This document shows positions 44,064 to 54,060 of a stretch of DNA of 64,000 bases, piece after piece (position 1 is the first letter of the stretch; every line of letters begins with the position of its first letter). The notes below the pieces were generated by a model. That model was not told where the DNA came from, did not search any database, and was given only the letters and a program-made list of their open reading frames with translations. The position numbers were made by a program, and so were the translations under genes. Source of the stretch: Candidatus Bathyarchaeota archaeon. Its GTDB lineage: Archaea; Thermoproteota; Bathyarchaeia; Bathyarchaeales; DTEX01. The stretch is from positions 1-64,000 of the forward strand of contig CAVQNT010000007.1 of the NCBI GenBank assembly GCA_963714275.1, given 5' to 3'.

Positions 44064-44648
44064 TTGCCGACAACGTGGTTCGAGAAACTCGGAATCATCC
44101 GCCACTACGACAAAATGGCAAACATCTACGATTCCTTATACCGAGAAGAACAAGAACTAAAGATTAAACAAATACTAAGGCATATGGCTGTCCACGATTC
44201 GGACTTAACTTTGGATGAAGGTTGTGGTACAGGTTTCCTTTTTGAACACATCTACAAACAAGGTGCTCACCTCGTCGGGGTAGATTTATCTAAAGGGCTC
44301 TTGAGGATTGCATTAGCCCACGTTAGGCAAGCTGGAACAAGGAATGTTTCGCTGGTTCGGGCGGATGTTGACCATTTGCCCTTCAAAGAACGTGTGTTTG
44401 ACAAGGTCTTTGCGTTGACTCTTCTCCAAGACTCTTCGGACCTAGACGTGACACTAAAAGAAATAATAAGGACGACAAAAGTGGATTCGATGCTTGCGGT
44501 TACGGGGCTCAAGAAAGTTTTCACGGAAGAGCGGTTCAAACAGGCTTTAACGAAAGAAGGCTTGGAAATCAATATTTTGTTGACGCCCGAACAAGTGAAA
44601 GATTTTATCGCTGTTTGTCGGATGCACGTAGAAGCAAAGATTAAATAA
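44064..44648 (+). CDS. Class I SAM-dependent methyltransferase
   Basis: LDEGCGTG, GVDLS and ADVDHLPF..FDKV motifs. Confidence 0.88.
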   Translation: MPTTWFEKLGIIRHYDKMANIYDSLYREEQELKIKQILRHMAVHDSDLTLDEGCGTGFLFEHIYKQGAHLVGVDLSKGLLRIALAHVRQAGTRNVSLVRADVDHLPFKERVFDKVFALTLLQDSSDLDVTLKEIIRTTKVDSMLAVTGLKKVFTEERFKQALTKEGLEINILLTPEQVKDFIAVCRMHVEAKIK

Positions 44649-45325
44649 TGGCTTGGCGAAGTAGTAACTCTGGTGAAATACAGTGCCGACTCACGGAAGC
44701 CTGTCTAAAGCAGGAAAAGTCCGTTCGCAGACTCCGAAAATAGAGGCTACTCCGAAAACTAGGAAATCGCCAAAAATAAAGTATCGGAGAAATTTCGAAA
44801 AAAGAATCATGCTGCAAAGAAAACTGGGACAAAACTGGGGCGCGCGCGCGCGCTAGCAAAACCCAAAACAAGACGTCATTGCAAAATTTTTAGTTCAAAA
44901 TCAAAAATATTACTATTTAACCAACTAAAAGTATTAAAAAATACACTTTTATGAAAGATACATCACTTGAGGTTTCTTTTTCTTTGCTTTCTGGATTTTT
45001 ATCGCCAAATATAAAGGACGCTCACAAAAACTCTTCTGGTTACCACCTTCATCATTATTAGCGTCTTTCTCTTTTTGGGGCAAAAGTCTCACTATCTTGA
45101 TTTAGATACTGAGGCTATTTATATTTGTTTAATTCATGGAAAGAGAGCGAGGAATCCCGACTTCTAATAATGTTTGCCCAACCCCAAACCATTGCTCATA
45201 AGGCTTTTCTAGGGGCAGTTAATCGAGCGAGAAGTGTAGGTGACAACAAGGGCTGAGTAAGTGAAGGTATTAGAGGAATAAATTTAAGTTTCTTGTTACT
45301 ATTCAAGATTATGGGGAGTAATTAA

Positions 45326-45794
45326 TTGTTTAGGAAAAAGAAAACAAGAAGCCCATTCAAAGCCTCAATGCCTATAGATAATCCAGACATTAAATTAGTG
45401 GAAGCTCGATACAAAGGTAAACCATTTTTCTTAGCAGTGGGAGTATCTAAACAGAGAGAAGTAAAGGGTTCAGGGCAACTTAGTATGAACGAAGGAGTAA
45501 AAGGAGGTTACCAGACCCAGAAGGATTTAGATTGGGAGGTTCACTATAATATGGGTGCTCTGCCTTCAGGCTTCATGTCAGCTCAGAAGACTTAAAGGCT
45601 TAATGGCTGGAACGGTTTCTGTTGTAAGTGGAAGCACAGGCGTCTATTCTGGAAAATTTTCAGAAACAAACTCAGAAAGTCTTAGTAATATTGAAAATAA
45701 ATTTTCCAACTTTAGAGTTGAGGACATCAATAGCCTTCTTGAATATTTAGGTAGTATTAGTTTGGCAATAAAGAAGAAGAAGAAAAAAGATTAA
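45326..45794 (+). CDS. Hypothetical protein, frameshift near 45570
   Basis: Two overlapping ORFs after a GGGAG RBS; the stop codon overlaps repeat copy E. Confidence 0.45.
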
Positions 45795-45817
45795 AATTTA
45801 ATCCCCAAACCCAAACC
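45790..45817 (+). repeat. Dispersed intergenic repeat, copy E
   Basis: ATTAAATTTTAATCCCCAAACCCAAACC; inverted match to copy F. Confidence 0.85.
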
Positions 45818-45909
45818 GACCTAGTCTTATACGCTAGTGAACCAAAAAAAAATTCTTTACCACCACAACCAGGACAAATTAATGTATCAACTATTTCTGA
45901 CATTCTTTT

Positions 45910-46238
45910 CTACCATAATCTCCCTTCTTGCTCAGGAATTATCACACCACCGATTGAAGCGTTTACGTCAATACCTTGTGGAATATTCGGTCCACCCTCT
46001 CCAAAGATTACAGCAAAATCTATGATAATGGCTTTATTTGCTGAATTATGAATTGTTATGTTTTGGATTTTCGTTTCACCAGCGTATGCAGTAATTGAAA
46101 ACGTGGATGGTCTTACAGAGATTGGTTCATTAATTGTGAGTGTTCCTTGAACCTGAAAAATGTCCCATGCTCTTACACCCCAATACTGAACAATGATACA
46201 AGTAGTGCTACCAAGATTACTTTCTTATTTGTTTGCAT
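45910..46238 (-). pseudogene. Small secreted beta-rich protein, frameshifted; absent from the ORF track
   Basis: MQTNKKVILVALLVSLFSIG signal peptide, then (shifted frame) RAWDIFQVQGTLTINEPISVRPSTFSITAYAGETKIQNITIHNS. Confidence 0.55.
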
Positions 46239-46485
46239 TTTTCATTTCTCCTATTTTTTCCGTGTACTCTTTCTTCCCTTCAATTAGGGACAGGCGGTTT
46301 CACGCCTCCAACAGAGTTTACTGCTAATGCTATAAACCTTTATTATAATTGAACGTATAAGGGGTTATGAAAGATAATTAAGAAAGACAAATCTATTAAA
46401 TAATATCAGTTAAATTTTGTGTGTGAGTAGTATGTAGTGTGTAGTGTAGAGAACACATATAACAGAACATAACGTAACGGCATTA

Positions 46486-46512
46486 GGTTTGGGTTTGGGA
46501 TTAAAATTTAAT
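46486..46512 (-). repeat. Dispersed intergenic repeat, copy F (inverted)
   Basis: Minus strand reads ATTAAATTTTAATCCCAAACCCAAACC, differing from E only by one C in a run. Confidence 0.85.
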
Positions 46513-46622
46513 GCACACATAATTTAGGCAAATTAGGCAATTTAGGTGATTTTTTAGGAAGAATCTTAGAATAAACTAAAATTTATATACTGAATGATAT
46601 AATAATATTAAATTGAGGATAA

Positions 46623-47438
46623 TTGCCAAAAGCAGAGAAAAATCTCAAACAAATCTATCATCTGATGGTCGAAAAGTTGAGGCAGTTGAGTAAAGGCGAT
46701 GCTTTTGATAAAACGATGGAAGAAAATAAGAGTTTTAACTACTTAGAAAGGAAGGATAGTTATTTCTTTGAGAAGATGACGCAAGCAGTTTTTGAGAGTG
46801 GTTTGCGTGCTTGGGCATGGGAACCTCACACAAGAGGCATAAAAAAAGCGTTTTGTTATTTCGATGTAAGAAAGGTCGCTGGTTTTGATGATAAGGATGT
46901 AGATAGAATTCTTGTTAGTAATAACATGATTCGTAGGAAACCAAAGATTGAGGCAGTCGTCTATAATGCGGGAAAGATAGTTGAGATAAGCGAGAAGCAT
47001 AATGGTTTTTGGAAATGGATAGACAGCAAAGTGATTAGAAAAGGAGATTTGATCTTTCCAAAGCCTGATTTAATTGAAGAGATCCAGAAAACGTTCAAAT
47101 GGCTGACAGGCATAAACGCTTACTATTTCCTAAAGCTTTGCGGTGTTGATGTTGTTAAGCCAGACTTGAATGTTCGCAGGATATTGTTTAGGCTTGGATT
47201 GATAGAAAGTGACAAAAACAATAAGAAAACGTGGAATCAGATACAAGAGGTTGGAAGAAAGATTTCAAAAGCAACTGGAGAGAGGATAATAAACATTGAT
47301 TATGTCATCTATCTCTATGGTAGTGGTGGAGATCAGTTTTTTGATCACCCAATCTGCACTAAAAAGCCGAAGTGCGAAGAGTGCCCTTTAACAAGTTTTT
47401 GTTATTGGTATAGGAAGGGAAGATTGAAAGTAGGCTAG
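46623..47438 (+). CDS. 3-methyladenine DNA glycosylase (Tag-like) with C-terminal EndoIII-type 4Fe-4S motif
   Basis: FFEKMTQAVFESGL, AF..FD...VA, IRRKPKIEAVVYNA, KPDLNVRR and CTKKPKCEECPLTSFC motifs. Confidence 0.8.
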   Translation: MPKAEKNLKQIYHLMVEKLRQLSKGDAFDKTMEENKSFNYLERKDSYFFEKMTQAVFESGLRAWAWEPHTRGIKKAFCYFDVRKVAGFDDKDVDRILVSNNMIRRKPKIEAVVYNAGKIVEISEKHNGFWKWIDSKVIRKGDLIFPKPDLIEEIQKTFKWLTGINAYYFLKLCGVDVVKPDLNVRRILFRLGLIESDKNNKKTWNQIQEVGRKISKATGERIINIDYVIYLYGSGGDQFFDHPICTKKPKCEECPLTSFCYWYRKGRLKVG

Positions 47439-47500
47439 CCAGTCAAGTAATATAACTCGAATTTAAATCCATTTTATAAAAAATTAGTAGCGAAGCCTTT

Positions 47501-49363
47501 CTAAATTCGTGCTACCACGGTTATTATAGGGGTCTGAGCAGCTTTTTTCAGGCTGGATATAAGCTTGCTAAACACAATGCAGCGATTAATACTGAAAGCA
47601 ATATTGTGATTGCCACGATTGCGTTCTGGGATATAACCAGTTCAGGAATTAAGAATATTAAAACAAATGCCAACCCAATCGGTAGCCCAAACAGCGCACC
47701 AGTGAAGACAAGCAGGAACGTCTGAAATAATAGAATCTTTAATATGGTTCCGGGTTTTGTTCCTAACGCACGCATGATGCCCAAGTCTCTCTGCTGACCT
47801 GACACTGAAAGCATAAGGAAACCCATAAGCGAAGTGACAGCGCTTATGAAAGACAAAAGCGAAAGAGAAAGAAGCAGAGACCAAATTTGGCTTATGAAGG
47901 TTATCTGTCTATTTAAAGACTGATCTAAATCAACCATAATCAAGCCTGAGTTAGAAATTACAGCTTCTATTCCTTGAAGTATGCTTGAACGGTTTGAATG
48001 TTCAACCTGCACTAGAAGAATATTATAACCTGAGTGATGAACGATGGAGGACAATCCCTCATAGGGCATGTAGACTACCATCCCGTTATTAAGAGGGTCC
48101 AAACAAACCCCAACAGTATGAAACTCGTGATCGAAGGCTTTGAAGTTTTTGTTGAAAAGGGTCTTCAAAAAATGTTGCAGTGAAAGGGGTCTCCCAATAA
48201 CACGTTGTTCAAGTCTTTATCTTGGATTTTCTCACCGAGAAGCAACCAATCATTTACAAGATCCCCAACATGAACACCCATGATAATAGCGTCACCTTGT
48301 CTTTGGTCTCCAATTACTATGTATTGGCCGGGATTATTAGGATCTGGGGCAATATATTGAGCCTCTTTAACAGAGGTCTCTAAAATCAACCGGGGCGGCT
48401 TCTGATGACTCCGCTGATTTCTTGAATCGCAGAGATAACAGAATCCGGAATCGCATAACTATCATTAAGGTAGTTAAAAGACTCAGATTGGCTTGGCTGA
48501 AGGAACCTATCAAGTAATTGTTCATAATGTTCAGCCATTTCAGTCTTAGTCACAAGAACCACATCTGTACCAACCGCCCTCTGAACGTAGCTAGCGTGGT
48601 TTCTTCAGCAACTATTCCGCCGACGACGATTACAGTCATCAAAGCAATGACTACACCAAGACAGGTAATTGATTGAATAGTCATAGACCATCTTCTACGT
48701 AGAGTCCTAGAAGCAATGCGTACAGTAAGACTCTTGCCAAACAAGAAAGGCAATTTAAAAGTTGACTGTTGAGCAGCCATCACATCTGAAACTTGAGACA
48801 ACGCCTCAGCAGGTTTAATACGAGCTACCCGTCCAGTCAGCCGCAAGCCTAGAATAAAAGAAAATCCAGCGAACATAATAAAAATCAGCAAAATCATCTG
48901 TACATTGAGAGGACCAACTAAGAGATGAAAACCTAAAAGGTTCATCACGCCTGTCGAGACAAAACTTAAGGCAATCCCAACAAAAGTCCCGATCAGGCAG
49001 CCTGCAAGGACGAGAATCAAAAACTCCGATGCGAAATGCTGAAAAACAGCATCAGTTAGGCATCCGACGGCTTTCATGATGCCAATGTCACGAGTCCGAT
49101 TCTGAAGTAGCCACAGACATTAGGAAATAAACAACAAGAACCCCAGTAACACAGTCAAGTATGACCACAAGCAGGATGAACCTGGAAAAAATTACTGAAA
49201 ATCCAACTGTTAACCCACTCGTTGAAAAACCTGCAACCTCAACGCCGAGGTTTTCACCGAAAAGAACAAGTGAAATAGTCACCGAAACGCAGACAGCAAG
49301 GCTAACGATTGTTAATGTTGTCTGAAACTTTCTTCTCGCCAACTCTTTAAGTGGAAACCCCAA
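47501..49363 (-). CDS. ABC transporter permease (FtsX/MacB-like), several frameshifts
   Basis: Two R(D)xGIMKA(V/L)G-type FtsX repeats and TM helices across four ORF pieces. Confidence 0.8.
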
Positions 49364-49372
49364 CCATCCCGC

Positions 49373-50052
49373 CTACTCCTCGGAAACAATTTTTCCGTCT
49401 GACATGACAAGCGTCCGGTCCGCTAACTTCAGGACCCTTTCATCATGCGTGACAACAACCACTGTCTTCTTCTCTTTCAATCCCCTCAAAATGTCAATAA
49501 CCTTCAAGCCTGTGTCCAAATCAAGGTTTCCCGTAGGCTCATCCGCTAACAAAATAAGCGGATCATTAGCAAGCGCCCGAGCGAAAGCTGCCCGTTGCTG
49601 TTCGCCTCCGCTGAGTGGGACGGAAAATGGTCAACTCTACCAGTTAAGCCCACAAGTTTCAGCAGTTCATCTGATTTTTGCTCAATCTGGCTGTCGTCCC
49701 ACCCGGTGAAATGCATGGGAAACGCGAGATTCTCCTTTGCAGTAAGGGTCGAAATTAGGTTGTACGACTGAAAAACGTATCCGATGTTGGTGCACCGGAA
49801 AGTCGCAAGAAAATACTCATCATACTTAACCAGATCATGCCCGAGGACAGAGATCTCGCCTGATGTTAGTTTGTCTAAACCGCCAATAATGTTTAGAAGA
49901 GTCGTTTTTCCCGCCCCAGATGGACCTTGGACAACAATGAATTCGCGAGTCAAAATGGTCAGGTCGACGTCTTTGAGCGCCTCAACTACGGTTCCGCCAA
50001 TATTGTACTCTTTCCGCATGGATAAGGCAACAACAACCTTTTCATTTTCCAT
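49373..50052 (-). CDS. ABC transporter ATP-binding protein (LolD-like), frameshift near 49620
   Basis: GPSGAGKTT, GYVFQSYNL, LSGGEQQR, LADEPTGNLD and VVTHD motifs. Confidence 0.9.
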
Positions 50053-50151
50053 AGTCAGTAACGCTTCGAAGCGATTTAACTAGTTATCTAGCGCGCGCGT
50101 AGATCTCTTTGCAATGACTTCTATTAATTCGAATTCGTCTGAGTTAGTGAG

Positions 50152-50814
50152 TTACCTAAGATTAACAAGAGAAATGCAACGACTCAATAAAAATATATTC
50201 TTCCCCGTTACAAAGTATTCCACAGTCATTCGTTCTCTCACGGTATCAACTACTCCCATTTTCTTGAAACGACTCATCTGCCAACTTAAAAGTCTGAGAA
50301 GATATGCCAAGTTCAGAAGTTAACGATTTATGCGAAATTGATTGGTTCTTGGATAAAACTAAAAGAATCCTTCCCAGCGTTTTGTGTCTAAGGAGAGAAA
50401 TCAATCTCATTTCAGACTCTTTAAACCTTCCTGACTGGAAAAATCTCTTGTATCTATTGTCATCATAGACCGAAATCAATTCAGATTTTGTGAGAAGTTT
50501 AAGATGATATTGCACAACGCCGACAGAAAAATCTCAGTTTTCCGCATATGTCCCTGAAGCAGGTCCCAGGATTATCTTCAATGAAGGTGTAGATTTCTAA
50601 CCTCGTTGACTGGTTAAGTAATGACTGATTTTGATAGAAACTTGTGCGGGCTATATCCTGTGTGAAAAAAGTGTATTGGCTGAATACTCTCTGTGAGTGC
50701 AATGGGTGTAGGAAGCGAATGTTTCGAGTCGCTCTGAGAGCAAACCATTTCAGTGAGAAATAGAAATAGGACTAGGGTGCCAAGGGACACTGACAAAATT
50801 TGTCTTCGCTTCAA
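50152..50814 (-). CDS. Double winged-helix regulator with N-terminal hydrophobic segment, frameshifted
   Basis: TRLEIYTFIEDNPG, VQYHLKLL, RYKRFF and ELGISSQT pieces. Confidence 0.7.
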
Positions 50815-50870
50815 ATCACTTCTGCCCCTATCGAAAAATCTAATTAGATTTCCCAGTATTTATCATCTTT

Positions 50871-50903
50871 TGTAAACGATTGTACTAGTGTAAACGATTG
50901 TAC
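50871..50903. promoter_or_regulatory. 15-bp direct repeat, candidate operator between divergent genes
   Basis: TGTAAACGATTGTAC at 50871-50885 and 50889-50903, separated by TAG. Confidence 0.5.
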
Positions 50904-50965
50904 CATAAAATTTATTCTTCTTCCCCATTAACATGATTTAAAGGTATATTTAACAAGGGTTAAAT

Positions 50966-51895
50966 ATGGAAAGTCATTTCCGTCGTCCTATTTTTGAAGG
51001 ATGGAAAAAAGGGAAACTGCTTGTTCCCTTCATCGTTGTTGCCCTTTCTTGGTCCTTATCGTTAATCGTACGGTTTGTTTTTGGTCTTGATGGGATAGGG
51101 CTTTCTGTCGGCGAAGGAATCGATGAGATTGCCAAGGTATGTTTGGCGATTGGGTTAATCTGGCTGTTTCTAAGAAACGTTCCGCCCTCTCCTTACAAAA
51201 AGGGATTCTCCAAGAGGTCCGCCTTAATTGATCTGTCAATTGCAGGAATAGACTGTGCGATCACGGTTCTCTATGGTTTTTTCTTTTATTCTTCTCTTGA
51301 TTATCATTATTATAGTCTTGGTTTTTTCCTCCTTGGAATGGAATATGCGATCATATTATTGTTCACAATCAGACATTACGGAAAGAAAGAGTTAAAGCCC
51401 TTTTTGAAGGACTTAGGACTGCGCACGCCATCAGTAAGAATCATAGTGTGCTGGGTTGCAACAATTGTCATCTTTTTTTCCCCTTATCTACTTAAGTGCA
51501 GGTGCAAACTTTCAGGCGTTTCTTAATGATTATCATAACACTCTCTTCTGGATGCCGAATATTCTGTATATGATCTTTGCCTGGCTTGGTGCTGAAGAGT
51601 TTTTTTCAGAGTCTATTTGCAGACAAGACTTGAGAAGATAATGCCAGTTGGATTGGCAATCATAATTCAATCATTTCTATTCAGTATAATCCATATTCCT
51701 GGCAACGCAGCAGTTTTGGGTTGGGGATGGCGTGTTGTTCCCCATTTGGCGAACACGTTACTCCTAACTAATGGCTTGATTGGAGGATACTTGTGGCATA
51801 GAACGAAGAGTCTGCCAATTCTAATCCTTTACCATTGGGCAATATATCCTCTCATGCCACTCATCTTCTTTCCATCCTATTATTTGCCTAGTTAA
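50966..51895 (+). CDS. CPBP/CAAX (Abi-family) intramembrane metalloprotease, frameshifted
   Basis: AEEFFFR..LQ.RL, FSIIH and ILYH motifs with multiple TM helices. Confidence 0.8.
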
Positions 51896-51968
51896 CATAA
51901 TTATTTGAATCCTTGACATTTATTGATGACAATAGTAGCTAGATAGTGAGCTGGCTTTTCAATTTAAC

Positions 51969-52265
51969 TCATAAAACTTCTCTAAATTCTAACCAGGATT
52001 TTATTACTCTAACTGGGAATTCTCCATTTAAAACATACATGGTTCCTTCTTTTTTTATAAAATCACTTTCTTTCAATAGGTTTAGGACAGCGTAGTATTG
52101 ATTTAGTGAGCAGTTGAGTCTGGAGAAGGTCTGTTCCCTAACCTCTTTACTTGTTTCTAAGCCTCCATCTTTAATCTCATTTGCCAACGTCCTTCCTATG
52201 CGTATGTAGTCTGAGGACTTTAACGCCATTTCTATAATTTTCGGTAATTCCCTCATATTCACCAC
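51969..52265 (-). CDS. Small hypothetical protein, wHTH-like
   Basis: QYYAVLNLLKESDFIKKEG..YVL wing pattern; GAGGTG RBS. Confidence 0.55.
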   Translation of the reverse strand: MVNMRELPKIIEMALKSSDYIRIGRTLANEIKDGGLETSKEVREQTFSRLNCSLNQYYAVLNLLKESDFIKKEGTMYVLNGEFPVRVIKSWLEFREVL

Positions 52266-52558
52266 CTCAATTTTGGTTATAGCAAAAATGCATCATCTAT
52301 ACCCTAATTTTCCATTTTTCATTTTTGACTTAGGAACAAAATGAGGACTATTCCGTCAAAGAAATTATATCAAACGACCCTTTAGATTCCTGAATAACAG
52401 CATTTGAGTTTATACCAAAATAGTCGCTTTTGTCGTTTTTGGTTCTACCTTTTAGCCTCCGTATAGTAGTTTACGATTTTAATGGTTGTATAGGACAGTA
52501 AAAGAGTCTAAAAGAGCGGTTGAGTAAATGATTAATTCATTTGTCATGTGGTCACCAG

Positions 52559-52869
52559 TTACTTTTGTCTCTTAGGGTGGGGAATTTCTGGTTCAGGCTT
52601 TGCTTCTTTTTCGCTTTCTGCTTGTGAACTGCTCATTTGCTCTGCCACTGGTGCTACTTCACCGAAATAGTCTTCCTTAGCCTCAACTATATCAGAAGGC
52701 ATCTCTTCTTTAGAAAGTTTAACATTTTCTGCTTCACCTTCCGCCTCTAATCTCTTTGCCTTTCTTTGTTCTGCCTGTTTTTCATTTTTTCCTGATATTC
52801 TTGCAATTCCTTAGGTGGACGTTGTTCAGTCTGTCTCTGTTTCAAAACTGACTTTCCTAACTTACCCAT
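52559..52869 (-). CDS. About 100-aa charged, low-complexity protein, one frameshift; absent from the ORF track
   Basis: GGAGGTG RBS; MGKLGKSVLKQRQTEQRPPKELQEYQEK then QAEQRKAKRLEAEGEAE...EAKPEPEIPHPKRQK. Confidence 0.5.
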
Positions 52870-52938
52870 AACATTCACCTCCTGCAACCTTATTCCCACT
52901 ACTCTGTTTCACATACATCACCTCAAAAGATTGGTTAG

Positions 52939-53214
52939 TTACTGTAGGGCTTGGCTCAAAACTCTTCTGGTTGCTATGGCAACGTCTTCTGCTGTAATTG
53001 TCTCCCGTTCCTTAAAGCTTGGAGCATGAGGAGAACTTTGAGCAATGAGAATAGACTCTTTTGCCACCTTCATGGATGCTTCGTTTAAAGTCCTAATCAT
53101 TTCCTCAACACCTTCTCTGCTTACTCTCTTCGCTCCTGCTTTAGTTAAAAGTCTTCGGACTGCCAAAAATGGGAAACCTTCTCTCCTATGCTTGTCTACT
53201 CTTCTAACTTCCAA
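52939..53214 (-). CDS. Variant archaeal histone encoded in the mobile element
   Basis: FPFLAVRRLLTKAGAKRVS...RETITAEDV aligns with the host histone at 42121. Confidence 0.85.
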   Translation of the reverse strand: MEVRRVDKHRREGFPFLAVRRLLTKAGAKRVSREGVEEMIRTLNEASMKVAKESILIAQSSPHAPSFKERETITAEDVAIATRRVLSQALQ

Positions 53215-54060
53215 TCAAATCCCTCGCTTCAATCTCACTAATTCTCGCACCGAAATTGTCAAACACTCTTTTTACATGAGTGATATGTTCGCCTTGTCCT
53301 TTGACACGAACAACCCCGTTCTTCAATAGCAATTGTATTGCTCTTTCAAAATCAAATCCATATTTCTTTATTACATTCCTAAAATTGTAACTGCTACTCA
53401 ACTCCTCCAACGAAATCCACTTGAACTCTGGAAGCGCTTTTAAAAATGCTTTCAAAGAGTAATACTCGTACCAAACCCTCAGTTCTTTGAGCGTCTTTTT
53501 GACTCGTCCTCTTGTCTTGCTGTCCGTCTCAAGTCGTAATGAGTGACACGTTTATTGAACGCCTCATGTTTACTTATCTGCACAACAGGAAAATCAATCT
53601 TCTTGAGTTTGTCGAATGTAAACCATAAACTCCCAACACTAATGCCTAATGCTTCGCTTAATTCAGTAAAAGCGCTATACCCATGTTCCTCAAGGTATAA
53701 AACAACCCGAGCCACAAAAGGATTTCTGGCGACATCCTTAATCACATGACTGTTAGAAAATGGAATTATGTCCTTTAGTTCTTTCGCAGGTTTAATGTCT
53801 TGAACTCGCAACTTAACGTCTTCAACTATTACTTTCTCTTCTGCCTTAGTTTCTTCTATCATTGCACCTAAATTATCTTCAGGAAGGTCAAAATCCGCCA
53901 AGTCATCTTGAGTTTCATTAGGCATTAATATTTGGTTCTCCTGTCCTTCTGCAACATCTACTACCTTATTCGTTGAAGGCTTATCGTTAATATTCTCCTT
54001 AACTTGCTTTGTTCTACTCTGCAAACCGAACTCAAACTTCAGACCTTTCACCTTTCCCAC
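53204..54060 (-). CDS. Winged-helix DNA-binding protein (~285 aa), probably one gene frameshifted near 53490
   Basis: Acidic N-terminus, HTH FTELSEALGISVGSL; the second ORF continues ELRVWYEYYSLKAF with another wHTH-like segment. Confidence 0.6.

Noticed and set aside
44700-44716. CCTGTCTAAAGCAGG as the anticodon arm of an amber (Pyl) tRNA
   Set aside because: No acceptor stem or T-arm can be formed around it, and no pyl genes are present.
29288-46512. The dispersed 27-bp motif as a CRISPR array
   Set aside because: Copies are 0.7-11 kb apart, in mixed orientation, with no regular spacers and no cas genes.
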